Assembly: GCA_965285935.1 (NCBI GenBank)
Contig: OZ260666.1
Coordinates: 806,001-870,000 of the forward strand
Length of the DNA: 64,000 nt
Reading direction: 5' to 3'
From: Ophelia neglecta
Lineage: Eukaryota
The first letter of the stretch is position 1. Each line of letters starts with the position of its first letter. Position numbers and translations under genes: made by a program. The notes beneath the pieces were generated by a model. It saw only the letters and a program-made list of their open reading frames with translations, had not been told where the DNA came from and did no database searches. Positions 63,620 through 64,000 of this stretch are shown here, piece after piece.

Positions 63620-64000
63620 ATGGCGACCGCGATGCCCGATTTTGTCGAATGTGAGATTTGTCTCAATCCCCTCACGGCGCCGCGGGTTCTCACCTGCCGG
63701 CATATATTCTGTCTGTCCTGCCTAGAGATATTGGAAAGCTACAAGAAAATCAAGTGTCCCAAATGTCGAAAGGAGACAGAGATACCCCAGGGCCTCCGGG
63801 TCTCTCATCTCCCAACACGCATCGTAAGAAGTCACACGATAGTAAGTTCCTCGATCGTCTTGGTGAAGTCCAAGGCGGTGGAGCACCTGCTAGTAAGTGT
63901 GAAAATCGACGACTACTCTCAGGTTATATATACAACTACTACGGACAGTGAGAAGCCTATCAAAATGTATAACTACATGGGGGAATACCTAGGCCACCTG
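63620..64000 (+). CDS. RING + NHL-like propeller protein, copy 4 (5' 127 codons, truncated by the window edge)
   Basis: Hand translation MATAMPDFVECEICLNPLTAPRVLTCRHIF...KAVEHLLVSVKIDDYSQVIYTTTTDSEK...GHL, open to the end. Confidence 0.9.
   Translation, partial: MATAMPDFVECEICLNPLTAPRVLTCRHIFCLSCLEILESYKKIKCPKCRKETEIPQGLRVSHLPTRIVRSHTIVSSSIVLVKSKAVEHLLVSVKIDDYSQVIYTTTTDSEKPIKMYNYMGEYLGHL

Larger units (their letters stand above)
23860..64000. repeat. Tandem segmental duplication array, at least 4 units (gene-to-gene spacing 10903, 13766 and 7771 bp)
   Basis: Colinear high-identity blocks by eye (e.g. 24.9-29.1 kb vs 36.6-41.5 kb; 30.6-33.8 vs 41.5-44.7 vs 55.3-58.4 kb; 62.3-64 kb), with unit-specific indels. 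Confidence 0.95.

Overview
Eukaryotic (metazoan, probably invertebrate; taxon not determinable) genomic window with spliceosomal GT-AG introns and many repeats. (1) 600-4622, minus strand: first five coding exons of an SLC16/MCT-family MFS transporter that runs off the left edge. (2) ~9718-20539, minus strand: an NLR-type immune gene (CARD-CARD-CARD-NACHT-atypical ~60-aa repeats-LRR). Its NACHT exon is broken by two retro-insertions, a 557-bp triplication, a nonsense codon and a frameshift, so it is probably a pseudogene. (3) ~23.8 kb to the end, plus strand and divergent from the NLR: a tandem segmental array of at least four ~358-aa RING + NHL-type beta-propeller genes, each a single coding exon with no B-box or coiled-coil. 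The RING is nearly invariant, while replacements pile up in predicted ligand-face loops of the propeller and the copies are mosaics of each other. This is the best candidate for an undescribed diversifying recognition/E3-ligase system. A second recurring theme is minisatellites built from tandemly amplified splice sites. The long repetitive ORFs in the track are minisatellite artefacts. No rRNA, tRNA or CRISPR array is supported. All coordinates and counts were read by eye.
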